Source: an uncultured Lachnospiraceae bacterium
GTDB lineage: Bacteria; Bacillota; Clostridia; Lachnospirales; Lachnospiraceae
Assembly (NCBI GenBank): GCA_937910785.1
Contig: CALDLG010000029.1
Span: forward strand, 45 to 64,044
Direction: 5' to 3'
Length of the DNA: 64,000 nucleotides
Under the pieces are notes generated by a model. That model had not been told where the DNA came from. It did no database searches and was given only the letters and a program-made list of their open reading frames with translations. Made by a program: the position numbers and the translations under genes. Shown here piece by piece: positions 1 to 10,319 of this stretch; the stretch's first letter is position 1; each line of letters begins with the position of its first letter.

Positions 1-147
1 CTGATTGTCGGATTTAATGAGCTGAATATTGTGGTAATGGACCCATTGACCGGAACGGTCTATAAAAAAGGCATGAATGATTCCACGCAGTGGTTATTGG
101 AAAACGGAAATCATTTTATCACCTATGTGCGAAAAGAGGACGATTAG
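1..147 (+). CDS. 3' end of a hypothetical protein truncated by the window edge
   Basis: Frame +1 is open from 1 to TAG at 145-147 (LIVGFNELNIVVMDPLTG...YVRKEDD*). The LIVG..N...DP pattern resembles the end of a C39-like fold. Confidence 0.7.
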   Translation: MIVGFNELNIVVMDPLTGTVYKKGMNDSTQWLLENGNHFITYVRKEDD

Positions 148-273
148 GGAATTGAGATGATTCCGGAGGACGGCGCGTTATGGATTTGGGTCTCGTGACG
201 CCGGAAAAAGACAGGCAATTCAGAACGGTTATTTTGGGAATGATATACCGGTATGGAAAGGTATGGTTTTGAA

Positions 274-936
274 ATGAAAATTGTAATTTTTGATATGGAC
301 GGCGTAATTTTTGACAGTGAACGGCTGGTACTTGACAGCTGGGAAAAGGTGGGAAAGAAATACGGAATTAAAGATGTCGGGAAAACGCTGACAGATTGTA
401 TCGGTACCAACAAAGTCAAAACGCAGATGATCGTACAGGAACATTACGGAAAAGAATTTGATTATGAGAAATACAGTAAAGAGGCTTCCTTATTGTTTCG
501 GGAATACGTGCGTGAAAATGGCCTGCCCGTGAAAAAGGGGGTACGGGAGCTTCTACAATATCTGAAGGATGAAAATATTCCCGTAGGGCTGGCTTCCTCC
601 ACCAGACTTGCGGTGGTGGAAGAAGAGCTGCGGCAGGCCGGGTTGTATGATTATTTTCAGGTTATCGTAGGCGGTGACCAGTTAAAAAGAAGCAAACCGG
701 AGCCTGACATTTATCTGATGGCCTGTGAAAAGATGAAGACCGCCCCCGAAAATGCCTATGCGGTTGAAGATTCTTATAACGGTATCCGCGCGGCATACGC
801 TGCGGGCATGCATCCCGTTATGGTGCCGGATTTGCTGCCTGCAACGCAGGAAATGCGCGAAATGAGCATAGCGGTATTTGATGATCTTGATCTGGTAATG
901 CGGTATTTTCAGTCGGAAGGATGTCTGAAATCATAA
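274..936 (+). CDS. HAD-family phosphatase (beta-phosphoglucomutase-like)
   Basis: Motif I FDMDGVIFDSE, motif II ASST, motif III KPEPDIY, motif IV EDSYNG. Start placed at ATG 274; 253 is an alternative. Confidence 0.9.
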   Translation: MKIVIFDMDGVIFDSERLVLDSWEKVGKKYGIKDVGKTLTDCIGTNKVKTQMIVQEHYGKEFDYEKYSKEASLLFREYVRENGLPVKKGVRELLQYLKDENIPVGLASSTRLAVVEEELRQAGLYDYFQVIVGGDQLKRSKPEPDIYLMACEKMKTAPENAYAVEDSYNGIRAAYAAGMHPVMVPDLLPATQEMREMSIAVFDDLDLVMRYFQSEGCLKS

Positions 937-3900
937 TTTTCCGAGAAGATACGCATACGCATTCAGAATCGTGTTCTGACGTTTTCCGGCGATAAAGTAG
1001 AAGTCGATCTGTGTTTCGTTTTCCGTATGAAAATAAGAGCCATAGGCCGGAACATCACAGAAGATTGTCGGATTGTCGGATGCGATCAGAATTCCATAGC
1101 CGTTATCGGAAACCAGAAAAGGCAGTTCGCCCGGAATGCCGGGGGAAATATATCTGGCTGTTTTCCGAAGATTCATGCCGCTTTGCGTCTGTGTGCCCAT
1201 GCCGTACAGATTTTCGGCTTTGGGCAGGTCCAGAAAAAGCCAGGTCTGATTCCGGCCGTTTGTCCCCGTTTCGATTTGGCGGCACTCTTTACCTCGTTCG
1301 GAAAGAAGCGGCTTCCGATCTCTTGTCATATAATGTATTGCACCTGTTATTTTATCTATTCGAAGACAAAGCTCATCGGTCAGCAATTCTATCGTATTTC
1401 CGGATTCCCGATACATCCATGTCTGATCAATATGGTGGACCGCAATGCAGGGGTTCGTATCCTTTGCGGGCTGCTGTCCTTTGGCAAAAGTGACCCGTAC
1501 AATGGCGCTGCCAACGGGACTCAGGCGCAGTGTGCCATAGCGGCTTTGCAGATAAAGGCCGTCCGGCTGTCTGGCCGTCCAACGGACCGCAAGGTCGATT
1601 CTGGAATGTCCGGCGGGCCGGAGCTTTTCCGTTGGAGGCATGTCTCCGAAGGAAAGGACGGGCTTATTGCCGGGAACAGGATTCCGGTTTGTCTTCATAT
1701 GCGGAGAGGAAGCGGTCAAAACAGCAGGCTGTCTCACAGGAATTTGAGGCGGTTTGCCGGACTCCGGCTCCGGACGATGTATATTGCTGCCGGAAACGGA
1801 GGGCTTCTGCCGGAGGCTGATGCTGTCGCCGGTCCGGGATTTCCGGATGTGCTGCCCGGCGGGGGCCTCTTTCTCGGAATGTTCGATGCGCCCGGAAGCC
1901 GGAGACCGGAACGGCAGATTTCGATCGCGGATATTGAATTCAGTAGCGTCTGTTATTTTATTCTGCGGCGGGTCTGCGATCAATCCGGTGAGATTTCCGT
2001 CATGCAAAATGCACAATTCATGAAGAGCACGCGTTGCCGCCACATAGAGAAGCTTTGCATGTCCGTCATCGACGGGGTAGTCTTTTCTGGTGGGATTCAG
2101 AATTAAAACCGCATCGAATTCCAGCCCCTTTGTATATTCGACGGGAAGAACCATTATACCGTTTCCGAAAGACATTTTTTCCGGGTTGTTTTCTATGAGA
2201 CCGACATATTGTCCAAGCAGTCCTGCAGTTTCGGATGCCGACCGCTGATTGCGGCAGATGACAGCGATTGTATTAAGCCCCTTTTGCTGCCATTCTTTGC
2301 AGAGAGATGCAGCGGCTTTTATCCGATCGTTTTTGTCCGCAATATTTTGAAGCATGACGGAAACACCATGGCGCAGGACGGGTTCTGCCGGATAATGCGC
2401 AAATTGTCCGTGATGCAGGATATTCGTGGCGAAATCCGAAATTTCCACCGTATTGCGATAGCTTTTTTTCAGAATGCCGAAGCTGTCCATATCGTCTGTC
2501 AGAAGCAGGTCTGTCAGTTCCTGCCAGTCGTTGAGTCCATAGCCGAAATGGATGTTCTGGGAAATATCACCCATGATCGTATAGGTGCAGTCTTTGATGC
2601 AGAATTTTAAAACGCTGTATGCCATCATGCCAAAATCCTGCGCTTCATCGATGACGATATGGTGCGCTTCGCTGATAACCTCTGTCTCTTTCACTCTTTT
2701 ATACAGATAGGCGAGGGCGGCCAGATCATAGACATCGAATTTGTCTTCCGAAACAGCCGTCTGATAGCCCTTGGCGGATTGTACGGTCAGAAAATCCCGG
2801 TAAAGCTCGAAAACAGATTTCTTCCAGACTTTTCCGCCGTACCGTCCGCGGTAGGCTTTTCGGATGGCCCTGCGTTCGTTTTCCGTATAGGAAACGCCCT
2901 TGCCGAGAAATTCCTCTTTGATTTTACTCATAAGGCGGTCGTTCAGCATATTGATTTTGCTTTGAATGGAAACAGAAGGATTCTGCCTGATATAACGTTC
3001 AATTACTTCTCCGGGAACCAGCTCCTTCAGGTCTGCCGGATTGACTCTTTGTCCCTCTGTCAGATCAAAAACGCCGGTCTTTCCGTCCCGGATGCCTTCC
3101 ACAAACTGACGCGGATTCAGGTAAATGGATTCCCGCGGAATGGTTTTCCATTCCAGTTCCAGACAGTATGATTCCAAATCGCGGAACCAGCTGAGCGTTC
3201 CCTTGCAGCTGCTCCCGGCGCCCAGTCTGTCTGCCGGAATGATCTGATATTTTTTTCATCCCAGTCTTCATACAGAAGCCTTGCGAAGAGCTGCTCCATC
3301 GTCATCTGGCGGACTCCGTATACATCCAAATCAGGAAGAACACCCGTTATATAATCCAGTAAAATCCGATTGCTTCCGACGATATAGAAATCATCCGGCC
3401 GGAAACGTTCCGGATAATTATACAGAATAAAGGAAATTCGATGCATGGCCACGGTGGTTTTGCCGGAACCCGCAACCCCCTGAACGATGATATTGTGATA
3501 AGGTGATTTGCGGATGATTTCGTTTTGTTCTTTCTGAATGGTTGCAATAATCTCCCCAAGGACCGCCTGCTTGTTTTTGGCGAGATATTTTGTCAGCAGA
3601 TCATCATTGGCGACGACTTCAGTGTCGAAATAATCGAGCAGGCGGCCGTCTTCTATTTCGTAAGTGCGTTTCAGCTCCAGATCGATCCTGATCCGGGTAT
3701 CGTTCGGCGCCGCATAGCTGCATGGTCCCAGTCCGTTCTCATAATAAACATTGGCCACAGGGGCGCGCCAGTCTACAACCATCCAGTGAGTTTTATCTCT
3801 GGAGATGCCGCCCTTACCAATATAGAGAGATTCCCTTTTGTGGAGTTTTTCGTCCTGAAAGATGATCCGGCCGAAGTAGGGCTTGTGCATTGCCTTTTCA

Positions 3901-4142
3901 TTGCGTAGCAGAGCGCGCTTCATATGTTCATGCAGTGTGACCGTGTTATTCAGGATTGTGAGGACCTCGGTGTCGTTATCATGATAGTGTGCCAGCATTT
4001 CATCAATATCGGCCTGCATTCTGGAAACTTCTTTACGGTAATTTGCGACATTGTCACAAACGACGGAAAGCGTCTCCGCAAGCCAGGCTTCTTCGTCCTG
4101 TCTGGACAGCCTGTCCTGTTTTTTTTCCGTTTCTTTTTGCAT
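931..4142 (-). CDS. helD: HelD/UvrD-like SF1 helicase with C-terminal GH31 N-terminal-like domain; frameshifted at 3250-3256
   Basis: ORF 3117..4181 has the HelD N-terminal motifs PYFGRI, LYIGK, VVDWRAP, IIATIQKEQ and Walker A GVAGSGKTT. ORF 931..3177 continues with IVIDEAQD, GDISQ, SYRNT, TKGLEFD and YVAATRA. Adding one A to the A7 run joins them into a 1070-aa frame. RBS AAAGGA precedes ATG 4142. Confidence 0.85.
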
Positions 4143-4250
4143 GTGCGTTTTCCTTTCTCCTGTTTCGGTATTCGCAATCATGATTGTAATTCTATTTTAC
4201 AGAAAAGTTAAAAAAATGGTAGACTATATTTTTAAAATGTGGTAGAATAC

Positions 4251-4288
4251 AAAATGAAGTGTGGGTAAAATCCACACTTCATTTTTTT
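4251..4288. terminator. Bidirectional intrinsic terminator-like hairpin, likely terminating queT
   Basis: AAAATGAAGTGTGG-gtaaaat-CCACACTTCATTTT, a 14-bp perfect stem with T-tracts on both strands. Confidence 0.7.
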
Positions 4289-4400
4289 GTGCAAATTCCG
4301 CCAAAGTTATGATATGCGGACGCAATCTGCCAATAAGAGTTTTGTGCCGCGCCTTTTGGACTCGAATTATAATAGAAACCTTCGCAGCAGCCTGCGCTTT

Positions 4401-4967
4401 TTATGATACCGATTTCGGGAAAATCCGTCCGGCATATTTTTCAAGAGTGAATAACAGGCCCATTCCCAGTATGCCGCAGGAAATGATTTCGCCTGCGCCT
4501 ACGGTAAGAACATAAAAAAGGTAACAGTAAGTAACGGAAGCGCCATCGATCAGAAATCCATAGCCGTAGATCAGGATAAGCGGAACGACAAGGATGTTTG
4601 CAAGAATCGGCGGAACCGGAGCGAGCCATTTCCACCTTCTGAACGCGTAGGTGCCGAGCGCGCCGGCAAGGGTAGCGAGGCTTCCGAAAATAATGTCAGG
4701 AAGGATGCAGCCGGTCAGAATATTGCTGATCAGACAGCCGATCAGAAGACCGGGAACAGCGGCAGGCGTAAAATAGGGAAGGATCGTAAGCGCTTCGGAA
4801 ATACGGACCTGAATTGTGTGATTCGCGAGTCCGAAGGCATTGGCAATGAATGTCAGCACGACATAGAGCGCGGCGATCATTGCGGCCTGTGCCATAATGG
4901 ATACGGAAAAGGGACGGACGATTCTGACAGGAACCGTCTGGTTAAAAGATTGTTTTTTCATGTGCAT
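4401..4967 (-). CDS. queT: QueT-family queuosine-precursor (preQ1) transporter, ECF S-component
   Basis: AAMIAALYVVLT...QVRISEAL...PGLLIGCLISN...DIIFGSLATL motifs; hydrophobic; preQ1 riboswitch directly upstream. Confidence 0.9.
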   Translation of the reverse strand: MHMKKQSFNQTVPVRIVRPFSVSIMAQAAMIAALYVVLTFIANAFGLANHTIQVRISEALTILPYFTPAAVPGLLIGCLISNILTGCILPDIIFGSLATLAGALGTYAFRRWKWLAPVPPILANILVVPLILIYGYGFLIDGASVTYCYLFYVLTVGAGEIISCGILGMGLLFTLEKYAGRIFPKSVS

Positions 4968-4971
4968 TTGT

Positions 4972-5016
4972 CTCCTTTAGTTTTGTTTTAGGTGAGGAAG
5001 GTCTCGAACTCACCGG
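4972..5016 (-). ncRNA. preQ1 class I riboswitch, probably acting on translation
   Basis: Minus strand reads GGUGAG-UUCGAGACCUUC-CUCACC-UAAAACAAAACUAA-AGGAG: 6-bp P1, UUCG-containing loop and an A-rich tail running into the SD sequence of queT. Confidence 0.9.
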
Positions 5017-5062
5017 TATATTGATTGAAACTCCGCGTATTTATGGGAGTTCAGCGTTTCTT

Positions 5063-5091
5063 AGTATAGCACGATAGTTGTAGAAAAGCAA
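5063..5091 (-). promoter_or_regulatory. sigma-A promoter of queT
   Basis: TTGCTT-17 nt-TATACT with extended TGn. Confidence 0.7.
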
Positions 5092-5099
5092 GAAAGAAA

Positions 5100-5143
5100 A
5101 AGATTTTCTCAGGCAGCGTTTTCGAAATGCCTGAGAAAATCTT
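5100..5143 (-). terminator. Intrinsic terminator of opp operon 1
   Basis: 16-bp stem AAGATTTTCTCAGGCA / TGCCTGAGAAAATCTT followed by a T-rich tract on the minus strand. Confidence 0.8.
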
Positions 5144-5150
5144 CTTCATT

Positions 5151-5429
5151 TTATAATAAGGTAATCAACCAGATAATAAACGCAATCCCTGCAAGAAATA
5201 CAAACGCGACGGAGAGCGCTGCGCCAAGAGCTACGCCCATATAGCCCAATCTTTCTTTCCAGGTAAAGGGTGCGTCCTCCCAGGGATTTTGCTCTTTTTC
5301 ATTGTTGTCGGGATATTTGCTCCCGGCCTGAGAAGAACGCGAACGCCTGCCGAATAATCCGGTACTTTCCAGTCCGCTCATATCGGCTACGGTGCGTCCG
5401 TCATCTTCAAAACTGTCCCGGCGGTTCAT
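5151..5429 (-). CDS. Small membrane-anchored hypothetical protein, last gene of the opp operon
   Basis: ATGA overlap with the oppF stop; DDGRTVADM motif; C-terminal TM helix. Confidence 0.75.
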   Translation of the reverse strand: MNRRDSFEDDGRTVADMSGLESTGLFGRRSRSSQAGSKYPDNNEKEQNPWEDAPFTWKERLGYMGVALGAALSVAFVFLAGIAFIIWLITLL

Positions 5430-6454
5430 ACATCACCATATAAGTGACACACGACATAATGGCCGGGTTCAACTTCTTTCTGTTCCGGTGCAATCTTTTT
5501 ACATTTTTCCATACAGTTTGCACATCGGGTATGAAATTTGCATCCCGTCGGCGGATTAGCCGGGGACGGAATTGTTCCTTCCAGCACGATACGATTCATT
5601 TTCGCATCAGGGTCCGGAACGGGAATCGCAGAGAACAATGCTTTCGTATAAGGATGCAGCGGATTTTTAAAAATATCCTTTGTCTCCCCGTATTCCACCA
5701 GATTCCCCAGATACATAACGCCTACCGTATCGGAGATATGCTCTACGACGCTTAAATCATGGGAAATAAATAAATAGGTCAGTTTATACTGTTCCTGTAA
5801 ATCCTTTAACAGATTGATAATCTGTGCCTGAATCGACACATCCAACGCCGATACCGGTTCATCGCAGACTACAAATTCAGGATTCAGGGCAAGCGCACGG
5901 GCAATGCAGATACGCTGTCTCTGACCGCCGGAAAATTCATGCGGATAACGGTCTTTATGAAAGGGCTGCAGGCCGCAGTTATCCATGACTTTATCGATAT
6001 AATCGTCAAATTCCCCTTTGCTTACGAGTCCATGCTCTCTGGCCGCTTCACCGATGATCTCGCCTACCGGCAGTCTCGGCGACAGGCTGGAAAAGGGGTC
6101 CTGAAAGATGATCTGCATTTTGGTGCGTATACTGCGCATCTCTTTGTTGGAAAGGTCATAGACCTCCTGTCCGTTAAACAGCACCTGTCCGCCGGTCTTT
6201 TCTCCGGACAGGCGTAAGATCGTCCTTCCCGTCGTCGTTTTCCCGCATCCGGACTCTCCCACGAGTCCCATGGTCGTTCCGCGTTTGAGATTAAAGGTAA
6301 CGCCGTCCACCGCTTTCACATATCCTACCGTTTTGGAAACCAGACCGCCCTTGATCGGAAAATACTTTTTCAGGGCATTGACCATCAGGATATACTGTGG
6401 ATCGTAAGTAACGGGGATATACTCATTTGCAGTCTTCAAGTTTGTATCAGACAT
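5426..6454 (-). CDS. oppF: Oligopeptide ABC transporter ATP-binding protein OppF
   Basis: [26 protein letters not shown] and a C-terminal oligo_HPY domain. Confidence 0.92.
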   Translation of the reverse strand: MSDTNLKTANEYIPVTYDPQYILMVNALKKYFPIKGGLVSKTVGYVKAVDGVTFNLKRGTTMGLVGESGCGKTTTGRTILRLSGEKTGGQVLFNGQEVYDLSNKEMRSIRTKMQIIFQDPFSSLSPRLPVGEIIGEAAREHGLVSKGEFDDYIDKVMDNCGLQPFHKDRYPHEFSGGQRQRICIARALALNPEFVVCDEPVSALDVSIQAQIINLLKDLQEQYKLTYLFISHDLSVVEHISDTVGVMYLGNLVEYGETKDIFKNPLHPYTKALFSAIPVPDPDAKMNRIVLEGTIPSPANPPTGCKFHTRCANCMEKCKKIAPEQKEVEPGHYVVCHLYGDV

Positions 6455-7611
6455 TATTTCTCCCCCTTTCTATCATAAAAACGATAACAGCTGACTTTGT
6501 GCGTTGGAGACAGGCTGATTTCTTCGGGGTATTTTCCCGCACAGCGCTCTACACACATTTCACAGCGGTCCTTATAATAACAGTAATCGGGCATATTTAC
6601 AGGATTGGGCACCTTGCCCGGAATCGAATAAAGTCTGTCCACCTGCTTGCCAACGACCGGCTTTGATGCCATCAGGCCAATCGTATAGGGGTGAGAAGGA
6701 TTGGAAAAAATTTCCCTCACTGTTCCTTTCTCCACCACGCGGCCGGCATACATAACGACAACATAGTCAGCCATCTCCGCAATTACGCCCAAATCATGGG
6801 TGATCAGCATAATGGAAGAATTGATCTTATTTTTCAGGTTCCGGAGCAGGTCAAGGATCTGAGCCTGTATCGTTACATCCAGCGCCGTTGTCGGTTCATC
6901 CGCTATGATGAGCCTCGGATTGCATGCAAGAGCGATTGCGATCATAATACGCTGACGCATACCGCCGGAAAGCTCATGGGGATACATTCGGTATACGCCT
7001 TCGCTGTTGGCGATTCCCACCATTTTCAATAATTCAATGGTGCGCGCCCTGATATTTTCTTTGGTTTTTCCTTCCCCGTTATGCAGCGCGATTACTTCAT
7101 CCACCTGTTCCCCGATTCGAAATACCGGGTTTAAGCTTGTCATAGGCTCCTGAAAAATCATGGAAACATAATTTCCACGCAGAGTCATCATCTTTTCATT
7201 GGGCGTTTTTGCAATATTGTAAGCTTTGCCATCACCCAGATTGAGACGAATCTCGCCTTCCACGATCTGTCCCTGCGGACGCTGGATCAGCTGCATCAGA
7301 GAAAGACTGGTAACAGACTTTCCGCAGCCCGATTCCCCTACCACGCCGACCGTTCTGCCGATGGGCACTTCAAAGGTAACGCCGTCCACGGATTTGACCG
7401 TACCGGCATCCGTAAAGAAATAGGTATGAAGATTGTCGAATTCCACCGCGTTATTGGCGTCATGCATAGTCGTTGCATATTCGGATTCGGGTACGTTTTT
7501 CCGCTTGCGCGCTTTTTCATACTGATTGGTAATACGTCGGTTTTCTCTGGAAATCTTACGGGATTCTTTCGCGGTAAGATATCCTTCCGGTTTATTCTTA
7601 GCCATAGTCAT
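6454..7611 (-). CDS. oppD: Oligopeptide ABC transporter ATP-binding protein OppD
   Basis: [29 protein letters not shown]; ~50-aa basic N-terminal extension. Confidence 0.92.
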   Translation of the reverse strand: MTMAKNKPEGYLTAKESRKISRENRRITNQYEKARKRKNVPESEYATTMHDANNAVEFDNLHTYFFTDAGTVKSVDGVTFEVPIGRTVGVVGESGCGKSVTSLSLMQLIQRPQGQIVEGEIRLNLGDGKAYNIAKTPNEKMMTLRGNYVSMIFQEPMTSLNPVFRIGEQVDEVIALHNGEGKTKENIRARTIELLKMVGIANSEGVYRMYPHELSGGMRQRIMIAIALACNPRLIIADEPTTALDVTIQAQILDLLRNLKNKINSSIMLITHDLGVIAEMADYVVVMYAGRVVEKGTVREIFSNPSHPYTIGLMASKPVVGKQVDRLYSIPGKVPNPVNMPDYCYYKDRCEMCVERCAGKYPEEISLSPTHKVSCYRFYDRKGEK

Positions 7612-7619
7612 TCCCCTCC

Positions 7620-9176
7620 TTAACGTTTCATTCTGGGGTCAAAAGCGTCTCGCAGACCGTCGCCCACGAAATTAAATCCCAGAACAGCAATCAACAGACA
7701 GACGCCTGCCGGAATCCAGATAAACCAGTAAGTTGTCAAAACATAGGAGTTGTTTACATCGTTAATGATATTTCCCCAGGACGCAAACGGGAATTTTACG
7801 CCAAGTCCCAGAAACGATAAAGTTGCCTCCGTCAGCATGACAGAGCCCAGGTTCATCGTACAGGTAACGATCAGCTGAGGAATTACATTCGGGATCAGAT
7901 GCTTAAATATCCGGCGTGAAACGCGAATGCCGCAGGCTTCGGCCGCCGTCATGAATTCCTGCTCGCGCAGGGAAAGTATCTGTCCGCGGACAAGACGTGC
8001 AATGCCCGGCCATCCCAGAAAGCCCAGAATCAGCATCAGATAAAGCATACGAAGCTGCGGGTCCACACGCATGCCGTCCATTGCCGCGCCCAGTATAATA
8101 ACAAGCGGTAATGAAGGGATACAATAGAAGATATCCACGATACGCATGATCAGGTTATCCACCCATTTGCCGAAATATCCTGAAACGCCTCCGAGGATGA
8201 CGCCCAGTATCGTTTCAATGATAACGACGATAAATCCGATGATCAGAGAAACTCTTCCGCCGTACATCAGACGGGTGAGCATATCCATCCCGTTCGCATC
8301 GGTGCCGAGCGGATGCTTTGAAGAAGGCGCTTCATACTGGCTGTATACATAGGTTTTCGTCTCCTGCATAACGGACCAGACTTTGGCCGCGGCATCATAA
8401 GTAATCGTATAAGTATGTTCCGTGCCGTCCGTTTCCGTATAGGCAAATTCCGTTCCCTCATTGTCGAGAACTTCTTCCAGCCTTTCCTTAAAATCTCTGG
8501 AAATCAGAACGCCGTTTTCCTTCGACTGTACTACAAAACGGCTGATATATCCCAGAACCTCTTCTCCCTGTATGATATTTCCGTCCTCGTCCAGCGTATA
8601 CTCCTGACCGTCAGCGCTAAAAGCGCCCTGTCTGTCATTGGTATACATCTGCAGTGCCGCATATTTTACGTTAAAAGGCAGATCAGCGATGCCATCCGAA
8701 GCATTGACAATATCCTTATAGGCAATGGCAATCACATCTCCATCCACCGAAACCGCGTAAAAATCCTGCCCCTCCTGCGCCAGACCATAGTTTACGTCTT
8801 TGTATTCAAACTCTGTTTTTCCCATCATCTGTGCCATCAGAAACTGTGCCTGTGCCGCGGAACCAAAATCCTGTCCTTCGGCGGAAATATATCGAAAATC
8901 CTCATTCCGCGTGACACCCACATATTCTTTTTCCAGATAAGTATAGGTATAGAACTGCTCATCTTCGCCGTAAGGCGACACCATACCGCCTACGAAGGAA
9001 AACAGAAACATTACTGCCAGCATGATAAGCCCCAGAACTGCCAGATGATTGCGGAAAAACCGCTTCATGACAAGTGCGCCGGGAGAAAGCGTCTTAACAC
9101 GACGGTCATCATTTAAGGAAAACGCCTCACCGGAAGATACGTTATTCTGTTCGTTTAGTTTATTCATATCGGACAT
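7620..9176 (-). CDS. oppC: Oligopeptide ABC permease OppC with large extracytoplasmic insertion
   Basis: HPLGTD..G.DMLTRLMYGGRVSL, EAA-loop region, DGLRDAFDP. Confidence 0.9.
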   Translation of the reverse strand: MSDMNKLNEQNNVSSGEAFSLNDDRRVKTLSPGALVMKRFFRNHLAVLGLIMLAVMFLFSFVGGMVSPYGEDEQFYTYTYLEKEYVGVTRNEDFRYISAEGQDFGSAAQAQFLMAQMMGKTEFEYKDVNYGLAQEGQDFYAVSVDGDVIAIAYKDIVNASDGIADLPFNVKYAALQMYTNDRQGAFSADGQEYTLDEDGNIIQGEEVLGYISRFVVQSKENGVLISRDFKERLEEVLDNEGTEFAYTETDGTEHTYTITYDAAAKVWSVMQETKTYVYSQYEAPSSKHPLGTDANGMDMLTRLMYGGRVSLIIGFIVVIIETILGVILGGVSGYFGKWVDNLIMRIVDIFYCIPSLPLVIILGAAMDGMRVDPQLRMLYLMLILGFLGWPGIARLVRGQILSLREQEFMTAAEACGIRVSRRIFKHLIPNVIPQLIVTCTMNLGSVMLTEATLSFLGLGVKFPFASWGNIINDVNNSYVLTTYWFIWIPAGVCLLIAVLGFNFVGDGLRDAFDPRMKR

Positions 9177-9191
9177 TCGTATTCCTCCTTC

Positions 9192-10178
9192 CTAGGCAAT
9201 GCGCACGCGGGGGTCTACCACGGCATAGAGAATATCGGTTAGCAGATTGCTCGCCAGTGTCAGAACGGCGATAAAGGTCATATAGAACATGGTAAACGGA
9301 ATATCGCCGATTATCATGGACTGATAAGCTGTCCATCCGATTCCCGGAATGGAAAACAAAGTCTCCGTAATCTGTGCGCCTGAAAACAGGCCCGGCAGGG
9401 AACCGCCAATAATCGTTACGAGCGGAATCAGTGTATTCCGAAAAGCGTGTTTGTAGATGACCTTTTGCTCGCTCAGGCCTTTTGCCCGTGCGGTCCGTAT
9501 GTAATCGGCATTCAGGACTTCCAGCATATTCGTTCTCGTATAACGCATCAGTGCGCCGATGGACGTAATGACCAGCGTTGCAATCGGAAGAACAAGATGA
9601 TGCGCCTTATCCAGAAACTGCTCCCAGGAAGACATCTGAGCAAAAGTCCGCCCTACAAGGCCCGATACATCAAACCACTGTAATTTTACGGCAAAAATCA
9701 GTTTTAACAGAGTTGCAAAGAAGAAAGGCGGTAATGAAATACCAATCAAAGCGCCTGCCGTAATTAAATAGTCCGATCTGGAATACTGTCTGGTGGCGGC
9801 AATAATACCGAGCGGTATCGCAATAAGCAGCTGCAGAATAAAAGCGACCGCACCCATAACAAATGACAACCAGATAACATCATGAAACTTCTGAATGACC
9901 GGAACCGTAAATTTCCAGCTGTCCCCAAAGTTCCCGGCGGCAAAGTCCCCCAGCCATGTAAAATATCCGGCGATAATACTCTTATCCAATCCATAGGAAG
10001 CATTCAACTGTGAAATCCATTCCTCATATGGCTTCGCCCCCGGCGAAGCGGCAAGCTGCATTGCCATCGTCTCCACATAGGATGCGGGCAGGCACCGCAG
10101 AATCGTATAAATGATGAATGTCACACAGAAGAGGATGAGGATCGATGCCAGAATACGCTTAATGATATAATTACGCAC
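9192..10178 (-). CDS. oppB: Oligopeptide ABC permease OppB
   Basis: GDSW, DYIRTARAKGL, YAVVDPRVR; GTG start with AGGAGG RBS. Confidence 0.92.
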   Translation of the reverse strand: MRNYIIKRILASILILFCVTFIIYTILRCLPASYVETMAMQLAASPGAKPYEEWISQLNASYGLDKSIIAGYFTWLGDFAAGNFGDSWKFTVPVIQKFHDVIWLSFVMGAVAFILQLLIAIPLGIIAATRQYSRSDYLITAGALIGISLPPFFFATLLKLIFAVKLQWFDVSGLVGRTFAQMSSWEQFLDKAHHLVLPIATLVITSIGALMRYTRTNMLEVLNADYIRTARAKGLSEQKVIYKHAFRNTLIPLVTIIGGSLPGLFSGAQITETLFSIPGIGWTAYQSMIIGDIPFTMFYMTFIAVLTLASNLLTDILYAVVDPRVRIA

Positions 10179-10257
10179 AAAAAAACCCTCCTTCTCTACA
10201 AGAAAATCGCTTCGCGATTATCTGACACTGTGAAGCAATTTACTGTTATATTACAAA

Positions 10258-10284
10258 ATTCCCTGCCCCAACGGAGCAGGGAAT
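10258..10284 (-). terminator. Hairpin between oppA and oppB (partial terminator or mRNA stabiliser)
   Basis: ATTCCCTGC / GCAGGGAAT stem followed by TTTGT on the minus strand. Confidence 0.6.
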
Positions 10285-10319
10285 CTCAATTTCCTTATTT
10301 AGTTCTTCTTTTCAGTTTT

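Noticed and set aside
160..212. Imperfect hairpin between the first partial CDS and the HAD gene
   Set aside because: Several G-U pairs and no U-tract on the plus strand; insufficient support.
1027..2106. 359-aa plus-strand ORF opposite the helD C-terminus
   Set aside because: The minus-strand frame carries the recognisable helicase and GH31-N motifs.
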